Shown: in pieces, positions 10,180-20,235 of the stretch
How the letters are laid out: every line of letters begins with the position of its first letter
Position numbering within the stretch: the first letter of the stretch is position 1
NCBI GenBank assembly: GCA_963803975.1
Contig: CAWDOY010000002.1
Location: 1 to 49,865 of the forward strand
Direction of reading: 5' to 3'
Length of the DNA stretch: 49,865 bases
Origin: an uncultured delta proteobacterium
Lineage (GTDB): Bacteria; Desulfobacterota; WTBG01; CAIYCZ01
Position numbers and translations under genes: made by a program
The notes under the pieces: generated by a model
What the model saw: only the letters and a program-made list of their open reading frames with translations
Databases searched by the model: none
Told to the model about the DNA's origin: nothing

Positions 10180-11151
10180 ATGTCACCCGTGCAACCCTCA
10201 TCATCACACAATCCCGACAATAAACACTACAGCGCCAGCGAAGATTTGTCGTTCCTTTGGCGCATCCCGCCCAGCCAGGAAACAGAACCGGCAAAAGTTG
10301 AAATTGCGCTGCGCGAGCGCATCAAGGAATTGAATTGTCTGTACGGGATAGCGCAGCTGGCAGAACGCTATAGCGACTCCATGGATGAACTGCTGCAGCG
10401 GCTGGTAAACTTTCTGCCGCTTTCATGGCAGTATCCGGAAATCACCTGTTCGCGTATAGTCTTTGAGGGAACGATTTATAAAAGCAGGGGATTCAAGGTA
10501 ACCAAGTGGCGCCAATCAGAACAGATACTCTCCTATAATGAGCCGGCGGGAGAAGTTGCAATTTTTTACCGTGAAGAGCGCCCGGCTGCTGATGAGGGGC
10601 CGTTTTTGAAAGAAGAGCGCGCATTGCTGGACGCGGTGGCAGAGCGTATCGGCACCATCGCCATGCGCATATCTGCTGAAAGGGAGTTGCAGGAAATAAA
10701 TAAGCAGCTCACGCTGGAGCGAAAAGCCCTGCAGGAAACCAATGCTGCCCTGCGCACCGTGCTGGCACGAATAGAAGAAGAAAAAAAGGGCATACACAAA
10801 AATATACAGGCAAATGTTGATAAAATATTAATGCCCATTGTGAGCGCCCTGTCTGCGGAGCTGCCGAAAGTTCAGAGAAAATATGTGGAGCTGCTGAGGA
10901 CCAATCTGGAGGAAATTGCTGCGCCGTTCATCAGCCAGCTGTCTCACCAGCATCAGTCGCTGACGCCGACAGAAGTAAAAATCTGCAACATGATTAAAAC
11001 CGGGATGCGCACCAAGGAGATCGCGGAGATTCAGGGGGTTTCCGTCGCTACGGTCAACCGGCACCGGGAGCATATTCGCCGCAAGCTCAAAATCGCCAAC
11101 AGCGAGGTGAATCTGACGACGTACCTGCAGACCAGCATGGGGAAGGCGTAG
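10180..11151 (+). CDS. LuxR-family transcriptional regulator (N-terminal sensory/coiled-coil region + C-terminal HTH)
   Basis: LTPTEVKICNMIKTGMRTKEIA...TVNRHREHIRRKL LuxR HTH; GGAGGAG RBS before ATG 10180. Confidence 0.9.
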   Translation: MSPVQPSSSHNPDNKHYSASEDLSFLWRIPPSQETEPAKVEIALRERIKELNCLYGIAQLAERYSDSMDELLQRLVNFLPLSWQYPEITCSRIVFEGTIYKSRGFKVTKWRQSEQILSYNEPAGEVAIFYREERPAADEGPFLKEERALLDAVAERIGTIAMRISAERELQEINKQLTLERKALQETNAALRTVLARIEEEKKGIHKNIQANVDKILMPIVSALSAELPKVQRKYVELLRTNLEEIAAPFISQLSHQHQSLTPTEVKICNMIKTGMRTKEIAEIQGVSVATVNRHREHIRRKLKIANSEVNLTTYLQTSMGKA

Positions 11152-11637
11152 TTATTTTGTGCCAGACTCGTTCAGGTTCATGCCCATGCGCAGATTGGTC
11201 CGGGAATAGTGAGCACCGGCATCAAGCTGTTCGTGTTTAAAGCCCGCTTTTTCGTAGAGCTTAATGGCCGGCTCAAGGATGCTGTTGCTCTCTAAAAACA
11301 GATAGGTCCCCTCGTGTGCCTTAACCCATTGCACTGCTTCCTCAATCAGCATCCTGCCGATACCTTTCCGTTTCATATCATCCCTGACCGCAAGCTTTGA
11401 CAGTTCATACACCCCGTGCCCGTGGTTAACAACTGCAGTTGTCCCGACCGGCTCAGTATCATGCAGCGCAAAAAAAATCATGCCGCCGGGAGCCAGCACC
11501 CGTTCCCCGGGTTGATCCAGAACCTCCCGGTCAATATCCTCAACTGAAAAATATTGTGTGAGCCAGACCAGATTGAGCTCTTTGAAATACGCGGCGTACC
11601 TTTTTTCATACAACACTATGTGAACCGGTGCGCGCAT
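11152..11637 (-). CDS. GNAT family N-acetyltransferase
   Basis: ELSKLAV..KRKGIGRMLI acetyl-CoA motif A; LESN..AIKLYEKAGF motif B. Confidence 0.9.
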   Translation of the reverse strand: MRAPVHIVLYEKRYAAYFKELNLVWLTQYFSVEDIDREVLDQPGERVLAPGGMIFFALHDTEPVGTTAVVNHGHGVYELSKLAVRDDMKRKGIGRMLIEEAVQWVKAHEGTYLFLESNSILEPAIKLYEKAGFKHEQLDAGAHYSRTNLRMGMNLNESGTK

Positions 11638-11642
11638 ACAAC

Positions 11643-12945
11643 CTACTCTATCTGCAGCAGCCTGAGCGCTTCCTCGTCTATCTCAAACTCCTGCTGCAGC
11701 TGCTCCATATCCATTTGAAAAACCACCCAGCCGGTCAACTCCCCACCCTTCCGCAGCTCAAAGGCGAGCTCCACACTCTTGTTCCCCATGGGGTGCTCAG
11801 GAGTTACATGGTACACGGTGAAAATGCTGGGAGCTGATCCGCCGTTTTTCCTGAAGGTGATGCCTTCATAGGTTCTGCCCGCGATGCTTTTCATGGCAGT
11901 ATCTGTTTTCTGAGAATAGCAGCCGAACACCTTCTTGTCCTTTGTGAGCAGTAATATTCCCCGGTAGGGTGCCGGGCTCTTGCCGTGCATGCGAAAAAAG
12001 TCGTTCATCAGCTGCGCAATTTTTTTTTCGTCCCGGCTGGAAACGGGATCTGCCAGGAGGGATTTCAGCACGAGATAGTCCTTTGCCATCTGATCAGTGA
12101 GCGCCTGCTGTTTGATGCCCAGGATCTGCGACCGCGGATAGAAGAAAAAGAGCACGGCGGCCAGGAGTACCAGGGCGGCCAGGCAGGGAAGCAGCCAGGT
12201 GCGGATGCGGCGGTAGCTGCGTCTCAGGTTTATCGTCTCGGTCACGTCACGGCTGAGCGATAGAAAGCCGGTGACAGTGGCATGACGGTCATAAATCGCT
12301 TTCAGCGTGGTCGATACATAGCGGGTTCCCCTGCCCGGGTGCGTGATCCTGAAGGTTTGCTCCCTGCCGTCCGGCGTCGCCGGCAGGTTTCTCACCAGGT
12401 CCCGGTATGCCGCAGCATCCTGGTAGATATCTTCCGCCGGGCGGTTGTGCAGCTGCTCCCAGTTTGCGCTGAAGAGCTTTTCCGCCGGTTTATTCCAGGC
12501 GATGATTCTGCCTTCGAGCCCGGTCACGATAACGGCTTCCGGCAGCTGATCGCACAGCTCGCTCAATCCCTGGAAGGCCTGGGTTTCCTCATCCAGCCGC
12601 GCGGCCAGTACCCGGGGAATTTTCCATGCCAGTGCTGGAAACTCCTGAAGGAACTGTTCGATCTGATCTTTGGGGATGCAGATTGCGCGACCATCACTGA
12701 CAGCTCTCACGGTTGCCGTTCTTCTGGCTTCGAGCAGAAACGATATCTCCCCGACGGGCGACCCGCTTTCAACAACTTCCGCAACCTTTTTTTGTCCCTT
12801 CAGGACTTCCAGCTTTCCGTCAAGCAGAAGGTACAGGTCTTTTGACTCATCTCCCTCTGCGCACAGAATATCGCCGTTATGAAAATTGACCAGGTACTTT
12901 CTCCAGACCGGGATGTTTGAGAAGGATTTCAGGGGTTGTGTTCAT
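11643..12945 (-). CDS. cNMP-binding + PAS membrane protein with C-terminal extracytoplasmic domain, frameshifted near 12899
   Basis: The 11643-12710 frame extends upstream as YLVNFHNGDILCAEGDESKDLYLLLDGKLEV...GEISFLLEARRTATVRA (cNMP domain); ATG 12945 (MNTTPEILLKHPGLE) joins if one A is removed; then PAS (WNKPAEKLF...SRDVTE) and one TM helix. Confidence 0.8.
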
Positions 12946-13575
12946 GGTTATCTGCGCTCCCGGGAAAAAGGGTGGTGACATGAGAACCACCGGCATGTAT
13001 TCCATGCCTTCATATGTATCGCATCCGAAAGCCGGTGCCCCGGCTTTGATTTAGGCCTCTGCAGCGGGCACGCTCCGGGGAAGTTTAAAAATGACAGGCG
13101 CTGCAATGTCCCTCGATACGGTTCAAATATATTCCTGCCCCTAAAGAGGGTCTATTGTCAATTATATTATTTATTGAATTTTAGAAAATGTGCGTGGTGT
13201 GCATAACGATGGTGTGTCTGAGCAAATTGTAGAATAATCAGTCTGTGCAGGGTTTTACCAGCTGCTTTCTCTGTGCCGGTTTTTTATTATTTCAATTACG
13301 CCGGTATGATTTTTTCACCCCGTCGGGGGAGGATCGGTGGGGGAGGGGTGAACCCGCCAGCCCTCCCCGTGGGGATGAAAAAACAGTGCGTCTTCCGTCA
13401 TTGGTGTGCCGTGCTTAAGCCCCGGGCATACACTCTGCCGAACATTGTGGTTTCTGTTGGAAAAGTGTGCAGTTTCATGCCCCCATCTGCCCAAGCCATA
13501 GCAATTATTGAAATGAAATTACGTGCACGCGCTCAATCGAATTCCTGTGGCCGCTCTGGTCGGTCGCCGAAGAAA

Positions 13576-15064
13576 TTACTTCTGTGTAAGAGCAGCATAC
13601 AGGTTGTTATTGCCCCGTTTAATAAGAAGCAGAACATTTTCCTGCTTCCCGGCGTTCTCAATCTTTGCAACAAAATCATCGACATCTTTGACCGGTTTCT
13701 GGTTCACTCCCTGAATCACATCGCCCGGCTGGATGCCCACATCAGAGGCCGGGCTGCCGGGCTCCACATTGGCAACAACAACACCGCCGGCTTTTTCCAG
13801 GCCAAGCTCCTGCGCGATGTCAGGGGTAATATTCTGCACGGTGAGCCCCAGGGATTCACGGGGGGTATCCAGCGATGCTACTTCCTTCTCCTGCATTTCG
13901 CCGGCGTTCACCTGGCAGGTAATTGTTTTTCCGTTTCTTAAAACTTTAAGAGCTACTGTATCTCCCACCGGGGTGGCGGCCATCATCCGGGGAAGCTCTT
14001 TTGATTCGGCAATATCTTTGCCGTTGAACTGAAGGATAATGTCACCCTGTTCAATACCCGCCTTCTCAGCCGGGCTTGCCTTGAAAACTTCGGCAACAAG
14101 CGCGCCCTTGTTCTTATCCAGGCTGAATGATTTTGCCAGCTCCGGAGTCACCTCCTGGATGCTCACCCCCAGCCATCCCCTGGTGACATGACCCTTCTTT
14201 TGCAGCTGGGGAAGAATCTCGGTTGCCATGTTTATAGGAGTCGCAAAACCGATGCCCTGGGCATTCGGAATGATGGCCGTGTTGATGCCTATTACTTCAC
14301 CGTTCATATTAACCAGCGGCCCGCCGCTGTTGCCGGGGTTGATAGAGGCATCTGTCTGAATAAAATTGTCATACGGCCCGGACCCGATCACCCTGCCCTT
14401 GGCGCTGACAATGCCCACCGTCACGGTCTGCTCCAGGCCGAACGGGCTCCCGACCGCCACCACCCAGCTTCCCACCTTCAGGTTCTCGGAATTGCCCAGC
14501 TTCAGGGGGTGCAGCGCAGCGGCCCCGTCGATCTTTATAAGCGCCAGATCGGTCTTGGGGTCCCGGCCCACAACGCGGGCAGTGAAATCTTTTCCGTCCG
14601 CGAACTTGACCTTGATCCTGTCTGCATCTTCAATCACATGGTTATTGGTTAATATAAAGCCGTCTTCGCTCATGACAAACCCGGAGCCCGACGCCCCGCT
14701 GCTCAAAACCTCTGGGCGAATTCCCTTCGGGAGAAGGACCGAAAAAATCATCGAAAGGATTCCTCCCGCCAAACGGGTTTCCATTGAAATGAGGGGCTCC
14801 GAAGCCGACATTCTTTACTTTTTTAACCACCTGGATGTTGACCACGCCGCTGCGAACCTGTTCCGCAAGGTCGCTGAAGTTTGCCGGAACCATGGGTGTA
14901 CCTGACACCGTTGCCATTGACGCAGCCGGTTGATTATTTGGCGGCAAAGACTTGTCAATGGCGTCAGGCTTCAGCGCCGTTGCCATGCCGTAGCCGAGTC
15001 CCACCATGGCTGCTGCCGCTAACAGGGTAATGAAAATTGTTTTGAATTTTTTTTTCTGTTCCAT
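13576..15064 (-). CDS. DegP/DegQ (HtrA) serine endoprotease with two PDZ domains, frameshifted near 14688
   Basis: N-terminal signal/anchor in 14642-15127 [34 protein letters not shown] and 2 PDZ in 13576-14811; extra G in GTCGGGCTCC. Confidence 0.92.
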
Positions 15065-15126
15065 GAGGTAAACTCCTTTTTGTGATGTAAGGTTTTCGAC
15101 CGGGCCCAGCCGTTCTTTCTGCCTCA

Positions 15127-15180
15127 AGTATACGTGTCACGCTTAACAAGAAGATGACCGTAAAGTTACCGATTGGTAAT
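15127..15180 (-). promoter_or_regulatory. Probable OmpR-family activator boxes and -10 element upstream of the HtrA protease
   Basis: Minus strand GGTAAC-N5-GGTCAT-N5-TGTTAA half-sites at 11 bp spacing, then TATACT at 15132-15127. Confidence 0.5.
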
Positions 15181-15314
15181 GTTGCGGATAGAACGGGTAG
15201 CGCGGGAGAACCGGGGAGTCTTACCGCCGGGGTTGATGCTTTTCGAAGGGCTGAGTAAGCATTGTAAAGCTTTTATTTGGATCACATACGTCACTTTATT
15301 TGCGAATCGAAGGA

Positions 15315-16750
15315 CTAAGCTGTGCGGGTGAGAAAGTCCTGCGGTGCGGTCTTTGGAAGAGTGACCATAAAGGTGCTTCCCTGATTCGGGACGCTTGCGG
15401 CAGTGATGTCTCCTCCGTGAGCGCGTGCTATGGCCCGGGCCAGGCTCAGGCCCAAACCAATGCCGGGTTTTGACCGGCTCTGGTCACACCGGTAGAATCG
15501 CTCAAAAGTCCGGGAAAGGTCAGCCGGAGAAATGCCGCATCCGGTATCTTTTACACGAGACCAGGACCTGGGTATTATTCTCCGAGATGGAAACCGTTAC
15601 CACACCTCCTGCTGCGGTATATTTAATGGCGTTATCGAGAAGGTTGGCGAGCATCCGCTGAAGCATGCGGGCATCTCCTGCCAGCTCACTCACTCCGGGC
15701 ACACTGCAGCTCAGGGTAATACCGTTATCTTCAGCAGAGGGTTCAAACAGTTCGCATGCCTCTTGTACCAGGCCGGCAATGTTCACCTTCTCGCAGGCGA
15801 GTTTATCCACGCCGGTTTCCGTCTTTGAAATCAGCAGCATGGTGTTGATCATGGCGAGCAGGCGGTCGCAGTCTTCGATAATGCTGGCCGCCATGCTCTC
15901 GTATTCATGCAGGGACTTTGCCGTGGTGAGGGTCACTTCTGCGATGCCGCGAATCCGGGTGACCGGGCTTCTCAGGTCATGGGCGATGTTGTCACTCATC
16001 TCCTTGATCTCCGTGAGCAGGATCTGGATGCGGTCCAGCATTTGATTAAAGGTCGTTGCGAGCTGGTCGATTTCATCGCCCCGCTGTTTTACCGGAACCC
16101 GTTCCTCAAGAGAGCCGCCGGTTATCTTCTGCGCTGTCCGCGTGACTGCCTCCACGCCCGACACCGCCCGCCGTGCCATGAACCAGCCGACTCCCGCGGC
16201 AAGCAGTATCAGAAAGGTCATGGTGGCGATAAAGATCCCCTTAAAGGCGTCGAAAAATCGCGAATAGGTTTCCATGGTCTGCCCTACCTGCAGGATGATG
16301 CTCGGGCTGAGCATGGCATAGAGGATACGCACTTCATCCTTGCGGCCCGCAATGGTGATGGTTTCAAACACACGGTCGCTGGCCGTGAAGCAGCTCCTGT
16401 ATGGCGGTTTCGCGGATGGTGATATCCTCCCAGTACGCCATGGTGGAAGAGGAAAACGCCTGCCCGTCCTGGGACAGGAGGCGAAAAAAAACTTTTTTTA
16501 CCCCTGCGGCCTGGGCTTCAATCACGGCGGCATTTTGCACCGACTTGGTCCCCTCTGCGGCAAGCAGCGTTGAAAAGCGGTTGACCTGGCCCATGAGCTC
16601 CTGATCAGTGCGGTCCTGGATTACGGAGGTGATGAGCAGGTAGAATAAAAGAAAGGCAACGCAGGATGAGACGGTGAAGATCCCGGCGTACCAGAGGGTC
16701 AGCCGAAAGGCGAGGGTAGAGCGGCGGCTAAGCAGTTTCCTTAAGGACAT
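15315..16750 (-). CDS. HAMP-domain sensor histidine kinase (CusS/CpxA-like), frameshifted near 16381 and 15552
   Basis: Two TM helices, HAMP, IAHDLRSP H-box, NLLDNAIKY; C-terminal frame reads KDTGCGI..FERFYRCDQSR..GIGLGLSLARAIARAHGG to TAG at 15315. Confidence 0.9.
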
Positions 16751-17405
16751 AGCCCACTCCCCTGACCGTGTGGATCAGCTTTTGTTCAAAATCCCGGTCA
16801 ATTTTATCTCTCAGCCGGCAGATTCTCGCCTCGACCACATTGGTCTGGGGATCAAAATTGTAATTCCACACATGTTCCATGATCATGGTTTTCGAAACAA
16901 CCTGCCCGGCATTGCGCATGAGGTACTCAAGCAGAGAAAACTCGATCGGCTGCAGCTCAATTTTTTTAGCACCTCTGGTCACCTCCCGGGTCAGGAGGTT
17001 CATGGACAAATCCCCTGCGGTAAGACCGGTCGGCTCAGCAAGTCCGCCGGCTCTGCGCATCAACGCCTGTACCCGGGCAAGCAGTTCGGAGAAAGCAAAC
17101 GGCTTGGTGATATAATCATCGCCCCCGGTCTGCAGCCCCTTAACGCGGTCATCAATCGAGCCTTTGGCGCTGAGGATGATGACCGGCGTGCGCAGCTTCG
17201 CGCTGCGCATTCTTTCGATGAGCGCAAGCCCGTCCAGTTTTGGCAGCATAATATCAATGATGGCCGTGTCATAGGGCTCGCTTAAGGCCAGATGAAGGCC
17301 CTCTTCGCCATCGCGGGCATGGTCCACCGCGTAGCCCGCGGCTTTCAGCCCCTTGACAATAAAAGAGGCAATCTTAGCATCATCTTCAACCAGTAATATG
17401 CGCAT
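16728..17405 (-). CDS. OmpR-family response regulator (CusR/CzcR-like)
   Basis: MRILLVEDD, DIMLP, DDYITKPF, winged helix TVRGVGY; overlaps kinase start. Confidence 0.95.
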   Translation of the reverse strand: MRILLVEDDAKIASFIVKGLKAAGYAVDHARDGEEGLHLALSEPYDTAIIDIMLPKLDGLALIERMRSAKLRTPVIILSAKGSIDDRVKGLQTGGDDYITKPFAFSELLARVQALMRRAGGLAEPTGLTAGDLSMNLLTREVTRGAKKIELQPIEFSLLEYLMRNAGQVVSKTMIMEHVWNYNFDPQTNVVEARICRLRDKIDRDFEQKLIHTVRGVGYVLKETA

Positions 17406-17522
17406 AGAAAAAACCTGTCTTAGATTAAAAAAATATCCTTATGCCGGATTCATTAAATTATATTTTTGGCAAACAGTACAACAGCACCAGCCATTTGATT
17501 TTACCCGCTCTGTTGTCACGCA

Positions 17523-19055
17523 TTAAAACCTGAACTGCCGGTCAAGGCTTCGGTACTGGATGGCCTCGGAGATATGGGAAGACTGTATCTGTTCTGCGCC
17601 TTCAAGGTCAGCGATGGTGCGGCTGACTTTCAGGATGCGGGTGTAGGCGCGGGCCGAAAGCCCCAGCCGGTCAAGCGCGGTTTCAAGGAGCCGCTTTGAC
17701 GCTTCATCCACCTGGCAGAAGGCCTTTAAATGCCGGGAGCTCATCTGGGCATTGCAGTGAATTTTCATCCGGCTAAAGCGCTTCTGCTGAATGGAGCGGG
17801 CATGGCTTACCCGCCTCTGTATGTCGGCAGAAGATTCTGTTACCGTATCCCGGGAGAGTTCCTGAAACTTAAGCGCCGGCACTTCCACATGGATGTCGAT
17901 GCGGTCAAGCAGGGGCCCGGAAATTTTAGAGCGGTAGCGCTGGATCATGGGCGCGGTGCAGGTGCATTCATGCTGGGGATCAGCGAAATAGCCGCACGGG
18001 CAGGGGTTCATGGCCGCAACCAGCATGAACCGGGATGGATAGGTGATGGAGGTTGCCGCCCGGGAGATGGTCACTTTGCCATCCTCCAGCGGCTGCCGCA
18101 TCACTTCCAATGCATTCTTTTTAAACTCCGGCAGCTCATCAAGAAATAATACGCCATTGTGGGACAGGCTCACCTCGCCGGGCCGCGGGATGGTGCCGCC
18201 GCCGATCAGGCCGGCATCGGAAATGGTATGGTGGGGAGAGCGAAACGGCCGGTGGACAATCAGCGGTGAGCCATGGCCCAGCAGCCCTGCCACGCTGTGA
18301 ATCTTGGTCGTCTCAATTGCCTCATCAAAGGTGAGCCGCGGCAGAATCGTCGGGATCCGTTTGGCAAGCATGGTTTTACCGGCACCCGGCGGGCCGACCA
18401 TGAGCAGGTTGTGGCCGCCTGCTGCCGCAACCTCGATGGCCCGCTTGGCATGCGCTTGTCCTTTCACGTCTGAAAAATCAATGCCATAGTCCTGATGCGC
18501 ATTAAACAGCTCGTCAAGGTTTACCCGGGCCGGCTTTATCTCCAGCCTGCCGTTTACAAACTCCACCACCTGGGAGAGCGTCTCAATGCCGATAGCATCG
18601 ATCCCCTCGACAATCGCGGCTTCCCGCTCGTTTTCCCGCGGCAGGATAATGCCGCTCAGGCCTTTTTCCCTGCAGGCAACCGCAACCGGAAGCACGCCCC
18701 GCACCGCCTTCACCCGGCCGTCAAGAGACAGCTCCCCGATAAGCACATAGGTGCCGAGCACTTCTTTATTGAGATGGTCTTGCGCGGACAGGATGCCGAC
18801 GGCAATGGGCAGGTCAAAGGCAGAACCCTCTTTCTTGATATCAGCAGGCGCGAGGTTGACCGTAATCCTGGTAGCCGGAAAGTCATACCCCATATTTTTT
18901 ATGGCGGACTTGACCCGGTCTTTACTCTCTTTGACCGCGCCGTCCGGGAGCCCTACGGTTGAAAAGTAGGGAAGGCCCGGGCTGATGTCCACCTCTACTT
19001 CTACCAGGTAGGCATCAATGCCGAGAATTGAGCTGCTGAAAATCCTGGAAAGCAC
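17523..19055 (-). CDS. comM: YifB/ComM family Mg-chelatase-like AAA+ ATPase
   Basis: [66 protein letters not shown]. Confidence 0.95.
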   Translation of the reverse strand: MLSRIFSSSILGIDAYLVEVEVDISPGLPYFSTVGLPDGAVKESKDRVKSAIKNMGYDFPATRITVNLAPADIKKEGSAFDLPIAVGILSAQDHLNKEVLGTYVLIGELSLDGRVKAVRGVLPVAVACREKGLSGIILPRENEREAAIVEGIDAIGIETLSQVVEFVNGRLEIKPARVNLDELFNAHQDYGIDFSDVKGQAHAKRAIEVAAAGGHNLLMVGPPGAGKTMLAKRIPTILPRLTFDEAIETTKIHSVAGLLGHGSPLIVHRPFRSPHHTISDAGLIGGGTIPRPGEVSLSHNGVLFLDELPEFKKNALEVMRQPLEDGKVTISRAATSITYPSRFMLVAAMNPCPCGYFADPQHECTCTAPMIQRYRSKISGPLLDRIDIHVEVPALKFQELSRDTVTESSADIQRRVSHARSIQQKRFSRMKIHCNAQMSSRHLKAFCQVDEASKRLLETALDRLGLSARAYTRILKVSRTIADLEGAEQIQSSHISEAIQYRSLDRQFRF

Positions 19056-19211
19056 CGCTTGCCTTTACCCCCTATTAACAATTATGGTGTATGTAAAGGA
19101 CTACTATCAAAAACCGGAAGTAATGACAATGAGATTTTAGTCATCAGCAAACAGCTCCTGGCATACAAATAGTTTATAAAAACGCGCCCAGTTTCCGGGG
19201 TTATAATTTGC

Positions 19212-19240
19212 TTGACGCTCACTAACATATAATTTACTAT
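19212..19240 (+). promoter_or_regulatory. Sigma-70 promoter for moaC-dksA region
   Basis: TTGACG-17 bp-TACTAT upstream of moaC ATG. Confidence 0.55.
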
Positions 19241-19283
19241 GTAAAGATACAATACTTAAAAATAATGCAGCGCTTTCTTCCCT

Positions 19284-19766
19284 ATGAGCAAGCTGACCCA
19301 TTTTGACAAAACCGGACGGGCACGCATGGTGGATGTGACGCAGAAAAGGCAAACCATGCGGGAAGCGCTTGCCCAGGCGACCGTCTCCATGCAACCGGAA
19401 ACATTGCGCAGAATTATGGATCGCTCACTTGAGAAGGGAGATGTCCTGGGGGCTGCCCAGATTGCGGGCATTATGGCCGCCAAGAAGACCTCTGCGCTTA
19501 TTCCCATGTGCCATCCGCTTAACATAACCGCCGTGGAAATGGCGTTTGAGCCGCGGCAGAAGGAAAGCCGGATTGACGTCCGGGCGCGGGTGAAAATTAC
19601 CGGCAGGACCGGGGTTGAAATGGAAGCCCTGGTGGCAGTAGCAGTGGCATCGCTCACGATTTATGATATGTGCAAAGCAGTTGACCGGGGCATCATTATT
19701 TCCGGCATTAAACTGCTGAAAAAAAGCGGCGGCAAGAGCGGTGTCTATGAGCGATCTCCCATTTAA
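19284..19766 (+). CDS. moaC: Cyclic pyranopterin monophosphate synthase MoaC
   Basis: LTHFD..GRARMVDV, LIPMCHP, TGVEMEAL, YDMCKAVD, KSGGKSG. Confidence 0.97.
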   Translation: MSKLTHFDKTGRARMVDVTQKRQTMREALAQATVSMQPETLRRIMDRSLEKGDVLGAAQIAGIMAAKKTSALIPMCHPLNITAVEMAFEPRQKESRIDVRARVKITGRTGVEMEALVAVAVASLTIYDMCKAVDRGIIISGIKLLKKSGGKSGVYERSPI

Positions 19767-19838
19767 TGCTTTACATTTTAACAGGGGAGTACTATTTTTA
19801 TTTATTAACAACATTCACCCCGGTGGGGGGCTTTTATA

Positions 19839-20201
19839 ATGGATGAAGAAAAATTAGCATATTTCAGATCCCTTCTAAATCAATGGATGGAAGATATCTC
19901 GGAAGGCGCCAAGGATACGGTTGTTGGAATGACCGATGAGGATGATACGTTTCCTGACCCGACTGACCGGGCGACTCTTGAGTCAGACCGCAACTTTGTG
20001 CTGCGCATGCGCGACCGGGAGCGCAAGCTTCGCCCGAAAATCATGAAAGCGCTTGAGCGCCTTGACAATGGCTCCTTTGGCATCTGCGAAGTGTGCGGCG
20101 AGGAAATTTCCGTAGACCGGCTCAAAGTGCGACCGGTAACGACCCTGTGTATCGAGTGTAAAGAACAGCAGGAACAGCAGGAGAAAACCCGCAAGAGCTG
20201 A
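19839..20201 (+). CDS. dksA: RNA polymerase-binding protein DksA
   Basis: DPTDRA coiled-coil tip, RDRERKL, C4 zinc finger CEVC...CIEC. Confidence 0.95.
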   Translation: MDEEKLAYFRSLLNQWMEDISEGAKDTVVGMTDEDDTFPDPTDRATLESDRNFVLRMRDRERKLRPKIMKALERLDNGSFGICEVCGEEISVDRLKVRPVTTLCIECKEQQEQQEKTRKS

Positions 20202-20235
20202 GGCACCAGCATGTTCAGTGCGGATACGCCAGTGT

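Noticed and set aside
13273..13941. 222 aa plus-strand ORF
   Set aside because: Largely antisense to the HtrA gene, runs through a hairpin, no protein motifs
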